Shown here: positions 9,215 to 17,821 of the stretch, piece by piece
How the letters are laid out: every line of letters starts with the position of its first letter
How positions within the stretch are numbered: position 1 is the stretch's first letter
Assembly (NCBI GenBank): GCA_963843295.1
Contig: CAWJJP010000005.1
Location: 230,159 to 294,158, forward strand
Source of the DNA: an uncultured Gammaproteobacteria bacterium
GTDB taxonomy: Bacteria; Pseudomonadota; Gammaproteobacteria; Steroidobacterales; Steroidobacteraceae
DNA: 64,000 nucleotides
Direction of reading: 5' to 3'
Position numbers and translations under genes: made by a program
Notes under the pieces: model-generated
What the model saw: the letters and a program-made list of their open reading frames with translations, nothing else
Database searches by the model: none
What the model was told of the DNA's origin: nothing

Positions 9215-11029
9215 ATGGCGACAGACCGGTCGGACGACATCATCGCTTCCATCCCGAATAAGGACGAGATTGCTGAATCGGGGCTGATTTCGCAATTGAC
9301 CATGATGGCTCGCGCGTTGTGGGCCTCGCCCACCCGCAACGTGCTCGTGCTACTCGCCGCCGCGCTGTTCCTCGTCATCGTCGCCACCGCCTTCGGGCAA
9401 ATTCGCCTCAATAGCTGGAATCAGCCTTTCTATGATGCCTTGTCGCGCCGGGACTTTCCCCATTTCCTGATGCAGTTGGGTGTTTTCGGCATCATCGCAG
9501 GCACGCTGCTCGTGCTGAACGTGGCGCAGCGCTGGTTGGGCGAGATGCTGAAACTGAAGCTGCGCCAGGGTCTCGTGCACGATCTGGTGCAGAGCTGGAT
9601 GTCGCCGGTCCGCGCCTTTCGCCTCGCCAATGCGGGCGACATCGGCGTCAATCCCGACCAGCGCATGCACGAGGATGCGCGGCATCTCACCGAACTGTCC
9701 GCTGACCTCGGGATCGGTCTGCTGCAAGACTCGATCCTGCTCATCACCTTCATCACCATCCTGTGGGGCATATCCAGTCAATTCGAGTTTCATGTCGCCG
9801 GCCGGACGCTCGCGATCCCCGGCTATATGGTGTGGGCCGCGATCATCTACGCGGGCTCCGCCTCGTTGCTCAGTTATTGGGTCGGACGCAGCCTGATCGA
9901 GCGCAATGCGGAGCGCTACGCGCGCGAGGCGGAACTGCGCTTTTCACTCGTTCGCGTGAACGAGCATATCGATGCGATCGCGCTCGCCGGCGGGGAGGCC
10001 GACGAGGCGAGGCGCATCGAGCATGAACTCTCGGGAGTTCTGCTCGCGACGCGCAGGCTCGTCGCGGGACTCACGAGTCTCACCTGGGTCACCGCCGGGT
10101 ATGGCTGGTTCACCCTGGTGGCGCCAATTCTCGCGGCGGCTCCGCTCTATTTTGCCGGAAATCTGTCCTTCGGCGGCCTCATGATGGCGTCCGGCGCGTT
10201 CGTGCAGGTGCAGTCCTCGCTGCGCTGGTTCGTCGACAATTTCAGCACGCTCGCCGACTGGCGCGCGACCTTGCTGCGCGTTGCGAGCTTCCGGCGCGCC
10301 GTGCTCGGCGCCGACGTGCTGCACGATGTCGAAAGTCAGATTGCCTTCGTCGAAGGCGAGCCGGGAACACTGGTCATCGATCATCTCGAGATAACCTCGC
10401 AGGGCGGTTGCACCAAACTCGAGGAGCCGCACATCGAGGTGAAAGCGGGCGAGCGCGTCCTGATCGTCGGCGAGGCAGGCACCGGTAAGACGCTGCTGTT
10501 CCGTGCGCTCGCGGGTCTTTGGCCATGGGGCGCGGGTCGCATCGCACTTCCCATCGGCCAATCCATGGTGTGTATCCCGCGCACCGCCTACCTGCCCCCC
10601 GGCACATTGCGCGAGGTTCTCGCCTATCCATCCCCGGTTGCGAAATTCGCCCCCGAGATGTTTGCACGTGCACTCGAGCGGCTCGGCATGGAGCGCCTCG
10701 TGCCACTGCTCGACCAAACCCGGCGCTGGGAGCAGCTCTTGAGCGATGGGGAACAACAGAGCGTGGCCTTCGCGCGGGCGGTGATTCACGCCCCACCATG
10801 GCTCCTCATCGATGAAGTGCTCGATGCGCTCGATGACGACACGTTCCGCAGGGTGAGCGATGTGATCCTCAAGGATCTTGCCGGCAGCGCCGTCATCCAC
10901 ATCGGGCGCAGCGCCTTGCATCGTGATCTGTTCGGACGCGTGCTGCATCTCGTCAAGGACCCGCAGGCGCGCCGGCTGCCGCCGGTGGCCAAGCTTCAAC
11001 CCTCGGCCATCGCGCCGTCGGCATCCTGA
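9215..11029 (+). CDS. ABC transporter, fused permease/ATPase (YddA / ABCD-like)
   Basis: N-terminal TM domain with 'SWNQPFYDAL', typical of the YddA/SbmA-like membrane domain. Walker A 'GEAGTGKT', signature 'LSDGEQQSVAFAR', Walker B 'LLIDEVLDALD'. Confidence 0.85.
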   Translation: MATDRSDDIIASIPNKDEIAESGLISQLTMMARALWASPTRNVLVLLAAALFLVIVATAFGQIRLNSWNQPFYDALSRRDFPHFLMQLGVFGIIAGTLLVLNVAQRWLGEMLKLKLRQGLVHDLVQSWMSPVRAFRLANAGDIGVNPDQRMHEDARHLTELSADLGIGLLQDSILLITFITILWGISSQFEFHVAGRTLAIPGYMVWAAIIYAGSASLLSYWVGRSLIERNAERYAREAELRFSLVRVNEHIDAIALAGGEADEARRIEHELSGVLLATRRLVAGLTSLTWVTAGYGWFTLVAPILAAAPLYFAGNLSFGGLMMASGAFVQVQSSLRWFVDNFSTLADWRATLLRVASFRRAVLGADVLHDVESQIAFVEGEPGTLVIDHLEITSQGGCTKLEEPHIEVKAGERVLIVGEAGTGKTLLFRALAGLWPWGAGRIALPIGQSMVCIPRTAYLPPGTLREVLAYPSPVAKFAPEMFARALERLGMERLVPLLDQTRRWEQLLSDGEQQSVAFARAVIHAPPWLLIDEVLDALDDDTFRRVSDVILKDLAGSAVIHIGRSALHRDLFGRVLHLVKDPQARRLPPVAKLQPSAIAPSAS

Positions 11030-11031
11030 GA

Positions 11032-11937
11032 TCAGGGTTGGGCCGACGCCAGGGCCTTCAGCTGCCTGAAGCTGTCGGCGGGCGACTTGCCGCTCGTGTC
11101 GCACGTGAGGTCCGCTTTCGCATAGAAAGGCGCGCGCTCGGCGAGAATGAGGCGCAGATCCTCCATGGCTTGCCGGTTGCCTGCCATGGGACGGGCATCG
11201 CCCTGCGCAACCACCCGGCTCATATGCTCCTCCGGCGCCGCCTTCAGCCAGATCGTCAGGCAATTCTGCAGCAACAGGTTGAAGGTCGTCGGCTCCGAGA
11301 CCAGGCCGCCCGGAGTGGCGATCACGACGCGGGGATTACGCGCAATCACTTCCTCGAGCGCGTGACGCTCGTAACGGCGGTACGCGTTGGCGCCGTAAAG
11401 CGCGTGAATCTCCTGCGGGCTGCAGCCCGCCAAGCGCTCGACCTCGCGGTTGACCTCGACGAACGGATAACGCAGTTCCTCGGCGAGCATGCGGCCGAGA
11501 GTCGACTTGCCGGCGCCGCGCAGGCCGATGAGCGCGATCCGATCGGCGCGCCGCGCACTGCTTCCCGTCAAGCCGAAATGATCCGTCAAGGCGCGGCGCG
11601 CGTCCGCCAGCTCCTTCGTGCTGCGGCCGCGGAGCAAATCGCGGATCAAAAGCCAGTCGGCCGACTCATCGGTCTCATCGCCGACGAGCTCCGCCACGCT
11701 GCAATTGAGTGCGCGTGCCACCTGCCGCAAAATCTGCACCGACGGGTTGCCCGTTCCGCTCTCCAGGTTCGCCAGATGACGCTCCGAGACCCCGGCCTCC
11801 TTGGCGAGTTGCCGCCGGGTAAGGCCACTCCTCGCTCGAAGGCGGCGCGCGCGGGTGCCGAGTTGGGTCAGAAAGGGGTCGCCCGGCTTGAGGGGGAGCC
11901 GCCTTGGACCGCTCGATGGTGCCGATTGTGTTTTCAT
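11032..11937 (-). CDS. BzdR/BoxR-type regulator: XRE-family HTH fused to a shikimate-kinase-like domain
   Basis: 'LTRRQLAKEAGVSERHLANLESGTGNPSVQIL' (XRE HTH), then P-loop 'LIGLRGAGKSTLGRMLA' and a shikimate-kinase-like core. ATG at 11937 chosen over the upstream ORF start. Confidence 0.8.
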   Translation of the reverse strand: MKTQSAPSSGPRRLPLKPGDPFLTQLGTRARRLRARSGLTRRQLAKEAGVSERHLANLESGTGNPSVQILRQVARALNCSVAELVGDETDESADWLLIRDLLRGRSTKELADARRALTDHFGLTGSSARRADRIALIGLRGAGKSTLGRMLAEELRYPFVEVNREVERLAGCSPQEIHALYGANAYRRYERHALEEVIARNPRVVIATPGGLVSEPTTFNLLLQNCLTIWLKAAPEEHMSRVVAQGDARPMAGNRQAMEDLRLILAERAPFYAKADLTCDTSGKSPADSFRQLKALASAQP

Positions 11938-12246
11938 CCCCAGCTCTCTCACCGCTACCCCTTGGAGTGCGTCCAAAACACCGATAGTGCAATATCGTGC
12001 ATGTTGCGAGCGTATCATAATGCATACCAGCCCGCGGGGCCATGTCGCCCGCGCGACCGCTGCGCTCCGCCGCGGCGAGAGTTCACTGCGCCATCGCTGC
12101 GCGGGATTTGGTGTCGGGAAGCATCATCCATCGCTCGAAATTTTTTTCCAGCACACATTGCGCGGCGCCGCCTGGCGCGAATGTGCTCGAATCTCGCGCA
12201 TGCCGCGCCTCAAACGCGCGCGCTAATACACGCTGCGCGCCGCTGC

Positions 12247-12259
12247 GGAAATGATTTCC
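12247..12259. promoter_or_regulatory. 13-nt perfect palindrome GGAAATGATTTCC upstream of prkA
   Basis: Read directly at 12247-12259, about 150 nt upstream of the prkA ATG in the 470-nt divergent intergenic region. Function unknown. Confidence 0.25.
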
Positions 12260-12407
12260 AGAAACAACTTGAAGCTGTGACCGATCTAACATAAAACAGT
12301 CTCATAGAGTTGAAAGCGGTCACGTTTCACTCGGGCAACTTGTCTTTAACTTAAGCTGAGCATTTGCCGGCTAGTGCCCAGTCCAATTCCGCAGCGGAGG
12401 TTCGACG

Positions 12408-14357
12408 ATGGGAGCATCACAGCTTAGCGTAGAGTCCAATCCCTCGGACTTCATCGATTCACTGAACAAGTTCAGCAAGGAGCATCGCGCGCAGCGATGG
12501 GAAGGCAGCCTCAGCGATTTTTTGACGCACATTTTGCCGACCCGCCCCGCCGCCTTCGTGCGCACGAGCCACGAATACATTTGGGACATGCTGCTCTGGC
12601 ATGGTCGCAGCAGCGAAGGAGATGACACTCACAAGGCGCGCGAACTGTTCAAGCGCGAGTTGTATGGGGTGGATGAACCACTCGGCCGGGTCGTGGACTA
12701 TTTCAAGGCCGCGGCGGCGGGCTCGGACGTCGGGCGGCGGCTGCTGCTGCTGCTTGGGCCGCCCTCGGGCGGCAAGTCCACGCTGGCGATCCTGCTCAAA
12801 CGTGGGCTCGAAGAATACAGCCGCACCGACGAGGGCGCGTTGTATGCGATCAAAGGCTCACCTCTGCGCGAGTCGCCTTTGAACCTCATTCCGGCGAGCC
12901 TGCGGCCGGAGTTTCGCGAGACCTACGGAGTCGATATTTCGGGTGAGCTTTCCCCGTGGGCGCGGGATTATTTGGATCGCGAGTGCGACGGTGACTACCT
13001 GCGGGTGCCGGTCGAGCGCATTTTCCTATCGGAGGCGGCCCGCTGCGGAATCGGCACCTACGCGCCGCATGATCCGTCGACCGCCGATATCGCCGATCTG
13101 GTCGGCTCGGTGGACTTGTCCAAGGTGGCCCGGGTCGGCGACGAAGGCGATCCGCGCGCCTGGTCCTGGTCCGGCGCGGTATACGCCGCGAGCCGCGGCG
13201 TGCTCGAGATGATCGAGATTCTGAAGGTCAAGCGCGAGTTTCTCTATCTGCTGCTGACCATGACGCAGGAGAAGAACGTCAAAGTGGCGCGCTTTCCGCT
13301 CATCTATCTGGATGAGACGATTCTGGCGCACACCAACCTCGCGGAATTCAACCGCTTCCTTCAAGAGAAGGAGAATGAGGCGCTGCTCGATCGCATGGTG
13401 ATCATCAAGGTGCCCTATGCGCTGTCCTACAAGGACGAGGCGCGCATCTACAAGAAGTTGGTCTATGGCGCTCCGGCATTCCGCAATACGCACCTGGATC
13501 CCCATGTACTGCACCTTGCCGCCGTGTTTGCGATCCTCACCCGGCATCAGAAGCCGGAGCGCGAGGGGCTCGATCTGCCGAAGAAGGTGCGCATATTCGC
13601 CGGAGAAGCCGTCGAAGGGTTCTCCGAGACGGAGGCCGTGCGGCTGCGAGCGGAGGCCCCCGATGAGGGACTGTCGGGAGTGAGCCCGCGCTTCGTGATC
13701 AACGCGCTTTCCACCGCCATCACCCGCGGCAATGCGCGCAGCCTCACCAGCATGGAATTGTTGCTCGCCCTGAAGGATGCCATCGAGAGCGACGCGCGCA
13801 TCGACGCGAAGCAGAAGAAGCTCTGGTTCGATCACCTCGTCACGGCGCGCAAGGAATTCTACAATCGCTGGGTCAAAGAGGACGTGCACCGGGCGCTCTT
13901 CGCCTCGTTCCAGGACGAGGCGCAGCAACTTCTCGAGAAATATCTCGATGAGGTTGAGGCTGCGCTCGACCAGCGCAAGGTCACCGATCCGATGACGGGC
14001 GAGAACCGTGCGCCGGACGAACGATTCTTGCGCTCCGTGGAGGAAAAGATCAAGGTCTCCGAATCGGGAAAGCAATCGTTTCGGCAGGAAGTCATCCGCA
14101 AGGCCATGGTCGCGTTCAAGGCGGGGGAGAAATTCCGCCTCGCAAGCCACGCGCGGGTGCGCGAAGCGATCGAGCAGTATCTCTTCGAGGAGCGGCGCGA
14201 CGTGCTGCGTTTGGTCACGTCCACCGCGAGGCCCGACGATGAAGCCCGGCAAAAGATATCCGTCGTGCAGGAGCGGCTCGTCAAGGAATACGGCTACGAC
14301 GAACACAGCGCCCAGGAAGCACTGAACTACGTCACCACGCTCTTGTCACAGGAGTAG
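12408..14357 (+). CDS. prkA: PrkA/YeaG family serine protein kinase
   Basis: 649 aa. P-loop 'LLLLGPPSGGKST' and the characteristic PrkA N- and C-terminal blocks. SD GGAGG lies 6 nt upstream of the ATG. Confidence 0.93.
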   Translation: MGASQLSVESNPSDFIDSLNKFSKEHRAQRWEGSLSDFLTHILPTRPAAFVRTSHEYIWDMLLWHGRSSEGDDTHKARELFKRELYGVDEPLGRVVDYFKAAAAGSDVGRRLLLLLGPPSGGKSTLAILLKRGLEEYSRTDEGALYAIKGSPLRESPLNLIPASLRPEFRETYGVDISGELSPWARDYLDRECDGDYLRVPVERIFLSEAARCGIGTYAPHDPSTADIADLVGSVDLSKVARVGDEGDPRAWSWSGAVYAASRGVLEMIEILKVKREFLYLLLTMTQEKNVKVARFPLIYLDETILAHTNLAEFNRFLQEKENEALLDRMVIIKVPYALSYKDEARIYKKLVYGAPAFRNTHLDPHVLHLAAVFAILTRHQKPEREGLDLPKKVRIFAGEAVEGFSETEAVRLRAEAPDEGLSGVSPRFVINALSTAITRGNARSLTSMELLLALKDAIESDARIDAKQKKLWFDHLVTARKEFYNRWVKEDVHRALFASFQDEAQQLLEKYLDEVEAALDQRKVTDPMTGENRAPDERFLRSVEEKIKVSESGKQSFRQEVIRKAMVAFKAGEKFRLASHARVREAIEQYLFEERRDVLRLVTSTARPDDEARQKISVVQERLVKEYGYDEHSAQEALNYVTTLLSQE

Positions 14358-14397
14358 GTGAGGAGAGCATGACACGCACATTGGAACCGGGGCGCCG

Positions 14398-15585
14398 ATG
14401 AGCTCGGACTCGACAGGGGACGAGTCAAATACGCTTAATGGTTGGTATGAGCTGTTCTCGCGAGGCTCGCGCGACTGGCTCCGGCACAGTGAAAAGATAC
14501 GCGAGGCGGTGCGTGAGCACCTGCCGCAGATCGTGTCGGGCTCCGACATCATCAATGACGGCTCGCGCACGGTCAGGGTGCCGGTGCGCATGCTCGAGCA
14601 TTATCGCTTTCGGCTGTTGTCGACCGGCGAATCGCAGGGAGTCGGCCAGGGCAAGGCGAAACCCGGGGATGTGCTCGGCCAGGCGCAACCCGCCGGCGGG
14701 CCCGGGCAGAAAGGCGCTGGGGGCAGGGAGCGAGGCGGCACCGAGCTGATGCTCGAGTTCAAAGTGGACGATGTGATCGATTGGCTGTGGGAGGACCTGC
14801 AGCTGCCCAATCTTCAGCCGCGCGGCGGCGCGAGCGAAGAATCCGAGTGGAAGCGCGAGGGCTGGGATCGCCGCGGTGCGCGCTCGCGCCTCGACCGCCG
14901 CCGCTCTCTCAAGGAATCCGTGAAGCGGCGCGCGCTCGAGCCCGATTCGCCGGCTTTCACCGACGAAGATCTGCGTTTTCGGCAGCTCACCCGCCGCCGG
15001 CAGCCGGCGCTGCGCGCGGCCGTGTTTTTTCTTCTCGACGTCTCCGGCAGCATGTCCGAGCGCGATCGACAACTGGCGAAGACCTTTTTCTTCTGGGTGG
15101 CCGCCGGGCTGCGGCGCGAATACAAGGCGCTGGATATCGTGTTCGTCGCACACACCACCGACGCCTGGGAATTCAGCGAGGCGGATTTCTTCAAGACCAC
15201 CGGCAGCGGTGGCACCGTTGCCTCGGCCGGCCTCGCGAAAGTGCGCGAGATCATGCAGGCGCGCTTCGATCCGGCGACGTGCAATGTCTACCTCTTCTAC
15301 GCATCCGATGGCGACAACGCCGCGGACGACCGCGGGCCGGCCGCGCAGGAGCTCGAGGGCATCGCCAAGGTGGCGCGCTATGCGGGTTATGTGGAGATCT
15401 CAGCGGGAGCGCGCAGCACCCAGAGCGAAACGGTTCGCCTGTTTCAGGACGTCGCGGACGCAGGCCTGCCCTGCAGCCGCTATTCGATCACCGGACCGGA
15501 CGATGTTTCGGGTGCCGTGCGCCACTTCTTCACCACCGAGGCGCAGGCGGCCGCGCAATCCGATCCGACGGGAGCCGCTCCATGA
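14398..15585 (+). CDS. yeaH: YeaH/YhbH family protein (DUF444, vWA-like)
   Basis: 'WYELFSRGSRDWLRH..IREAV' N-terminus and 'FFLLDVSGSM' vWA/MIDAS motif. Conserved partner of PrkA. Confidence 0.9.
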   Translation: MSSDSTGDESNTLNGWYELFSRGSRDWLRHSEKIREAVREHLPQIVSGSDIINDGSRTVRVPVRMLEHYRFRLLSTGESQGVGQGKAKPGDVLGQAQPAGGPGQKGAGGRERGGTELMLEFKVDDVIDWLWEDLQLPNLQPRGGASEESEWKREGWDRRGARSRLDRRRSLKESVKRRALEPDSPAFTDEDLRFRQLTRRRQPALRAAVFFLLDVSGSMSERDRQLAKTFFFWVAAGLRREYKALDIVFVAHTTDAWEFSEADFFKTTGSGGTVASAGLAKVREIMQARFDPATCNVYLFYASDGDNAADDRGPAAQELEGIAKVARYAGYVEISAGARSTQSETVRLFQDVADAGLPCSRYSITGPDDVSGAVRHFFTTEAQAAAQSDPTGAAP

Positions 15586-16955
15586 AGGGCGATTGGCGCG
15601 CTCACGTCCCACAGCTCGAGGACCTGGCCCGCAAACTCGGACTCGACTGGTCGCCGGTCATCTTCGAGGCCGTTCCCGACAGCTTCATGACCGAAATAGC
15701 CGTGTACGGACTGCCGGTACGCATGCCGCACTGGTCGTTCGGGGCACGCTACATCTACCAGCTCTTGCAACGGCACATGGGCTATTCCCGCTTGTTCGAG
15801 GTCGTGTTCCCCGGCAATCCGGGTCGTGCGTACCTCGCCGCGAGCAACGGGCTCGCGGACAATGTGCTCGTGACCGCCCACGTGCTCGGGCATGCGGACT
15901 TTTCCAAGAACAACATGTTGTTCCGCCGCTGCCAGGAACAGGGCAACGCGCAGATCATCGAGCACGCGGCGAGCCACGCGCGTCAGATCGAGCGTGACAT
16001 CGAAGCCCACGGGTTCAAGGCGGTGGAGCAGGTGCTCGATGCGGCGCTGTCCCTCGAGCAATACATCGACCTCGATCAGCCGCTGCGCCGCGAGCTCTAC
16101 CCGGAGTACGCGCCGGCCGATGCGCATCCGCCGGACGATGCGTTTCGTTCCCGCTTCGCGACGCTCGATGCCGGAACCGGCACGGCTCCGCAAGCGCGTA
16201 AACTCCGCGCGCCGGTGCCGCCGCATCCGGAGCGGGATCTGCTCTGGTTCATAGCCTCGTATGCGCCGGAGATGGAGAGCTGGGAGCGGGACATCTTTCT
16301 CGCCGTGCGCGAGGAATCGTTCTACTTCTATCCGGTATTCGCCACGCAGATCATGAACGAGGGTTGGGCCTCCTACTGGCACGCGCGGCTGCTGCGCGAA
16401 GCGGATTTCATTCCGCAGGCGACCTACCTCGATGCGATCAAGTGCCACTCGGACGTCGTACGCCCGGTCGCCACGGGAGAACAGGTGGCGCTGACGATCA
16501 ACCCGTACCATCTCGGATTCACCTTGTGGGAGGAGATCGTCAAGAATTCCGGCATCGACGCGGCGCGCCAGGTCATGAAGGAGGATGACGACTTCAGTTT
16601 TGTGCGCAATCATCTCACGCGCGAGATCGCCGCCGAGATGGGGTTGTTCCGATATCAACGCCAGCAGAACGGGCCGATCAAAGTCGTCGAGGCGGACGTC
16701 GGCGATCTGCACGAAAGCTTGCTGCTCGAGAAATACAACTTCGGCGCCCCGCGCGTCCTGGTCTCCGAAGTACGTCACGACGGCACGCTCGTGCTCGAGC
16801 ACGACAGCCGGCTCGACGGCCGGGGGCTCGACGCGGACCGGGCACGCAGGGTCCTCGAGTATGTGAAGCACGTCTGGCGGCGCCCCGTGCTGCTCAAGAC
16901 GGTCGATGCCGCGGCGGCGACCGTGGAGTTTTCCGCGGACTCTGCCGCCGCCTGA
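15582..16955 (+). CDS. spoVR: SpoVR/YcgB family protein
   Basis: ATG at 15582 overlaps the yeaH stop (ATGA). 'GLPVRMPHWSFG', 'VTAHVLGHADF', 'QIMNEGWASYWH' are SpoVR hallmarks. The track ORF (14781..) is an artefactual 5' extension. Confidence 0.9.
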   Translation: MKGDWRAHVPQLEDLARKLGLDWSPVIFEAVPDSFMTEIAVYGLPVRMPHWSFGARYIYQLLQRHMGYSRLFEVVFPGNPGRAYLAASNGLADNVLVTAHVLGHADFSKNNMLFRRCQEQGNAQIIEHAASHARQIERDIEAHGFKAVEQVLDAALSLEQYIDLDQPLRRELYPEYAPADAHPPDDAFRSRFATLDAGTGTAPQARKLRAPVPPHPERDLLWFIASYAPEMESWERDIFLAVREESFYFYPVFATQIMNEGWASYWHARLLREADFIPQATYLDAIKCHSDVVRPVATGEQVALTINPYHLGFTLWEEIVKNSGIDAARQVMKEDDDFSFVRNHLTREIAAEMGLFRYQRQQNGPIKVVEADVGDLHESLLLEKYNFGAPRVLVSEVRHDGTLVLEHDSRLDGRGLDADRARRVLEYVKHVWRRPVLLKTVDAAAATVEFSADSAAA

Positions 16956-16982
16956 TCCGTCGCTCGCCTCGTCGGCTCACGG

Positions 16983-17429
16983 CTACTCGAGGCAAACGAC
17001 CAGCCTTGCCGAGTGGGTGCGCCAATTGATGGGGATCACATAGGAACGTGAGTGCGGCGCCACGACCAGCTCCGGCTCGTTGGCGATGACCGTCGGAACC
17101 GATATGAGGAAGTTCTTGCCGAAATCGCGGCGCGCGTTGCCGGAAATCGTGTTGGCCACTTCGCCGACGAGATCCCTGATGGTCTCCTCGCTCGAGTCGG
17201 TCTCCTGCATCCGCATCAGCAGCACCATCAGCATGGCGCGGCGCGCAGTGAAGTAGACAATTCCCTTGCGCGCACCGGAAATGCCGATGACGCCGGTGTA
17301 CTCGTAGCAGCCGGGCTTGCCGTCGGTCACCAGATACGGTGAGCCGACGCTCGCGGCCTGCTGCGCGGAAACCTCGAAGTAGTTCGTCGTGCCTTCGATG
17401 AAAGTGCGAATTTCGGCTTCTTTCAACAT
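16983..17429 (-). CDS. CheX-like (CheC/CheX family) chemotaxis phosphatase domain protein
   Basis: 148 aa. 'YTGVIGISGARKGIVYF' and 'LVGEVANTISGNARRDFG...ISVPTVI' fit the CheX pattern. Start shares 1 nt with the CheY-like stop (TGATG). Confidence 0.75.
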   Translation of the reverse strand: MLKEAEIRTFIEGTTNYFEVSAQQAASVGSPYLVTDGKPGCYEYTGVIGISGARKGIVYFTARRAMLMVLLMRMQETDSSEETIRDLVGEVANTISGNARRDFGKNFLISVPTVIANEPELVVAPHSRSYVIPINWRTHSARLVVCLE

Positions 17430-17821
17430 CAGGTTTCCGACAGCAACTCTTCCAGCGCGTCATTGAGTTGGCGATCGGTGAACGGCTTGCACAGGAAGCC
17501 GTTGGCCCCCTTCTCGATGGCTTCGACTGCGGTGGCCTTGTCCGCCAGCGCCGACACCACCAGGATCAAGACCCGCGGGTTGAGCGCCACCAGCTGCTCG
17601 ACACAGGAGATGCCATCCATTTCCGGCATTGTCAGATCCATGGTCACGACATCCGGCCGGGTACGCCGGAACAGATCCACCGCCTCGCGGCCATTGGCGG
17701 CGGCTCCCACCACCTCGAGGCGCGCGATCTGCTGCGAGCGCTCGATGCGTCGTCGAATGATATTCGAATCATCGACGATCATGAGCTTGAGCGGGGTTTG
17801 CAGGCGGGTATTCGTATCCAT
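17429..17821 (-). CDS. Single-domain CheY-like response regulator
   Basis: Canonical receiver: 'LMIVDDS', 'VVTMDLTMPEMDG', 'LVVSA', 'GANGFLCKPF'. Start abuts the upstream kinase stop (0-nt gap). Confidence 0.9.
   Translation of the reverse strand: MDTNTRLQTPLKLMIVDDSNIIRRRIERSQQIARLEVVGAAANGREAVDLFRRTRPDVVTMDLTMPEMDGISCVEQLVALNPRVLILVVSALADKATAVEAIEKGANGFLCKPFTDRQLNDALEELLSET

Noticed and set aside
14781-15581. 5' 267 codons of track ORF 14781..16955
   Set aside because: This part overlaps yeaH in another frame and is Arg/Ala-rich junk. SpoVR homology begins at the ATG at 15582, which overlaps the yeaH stop.
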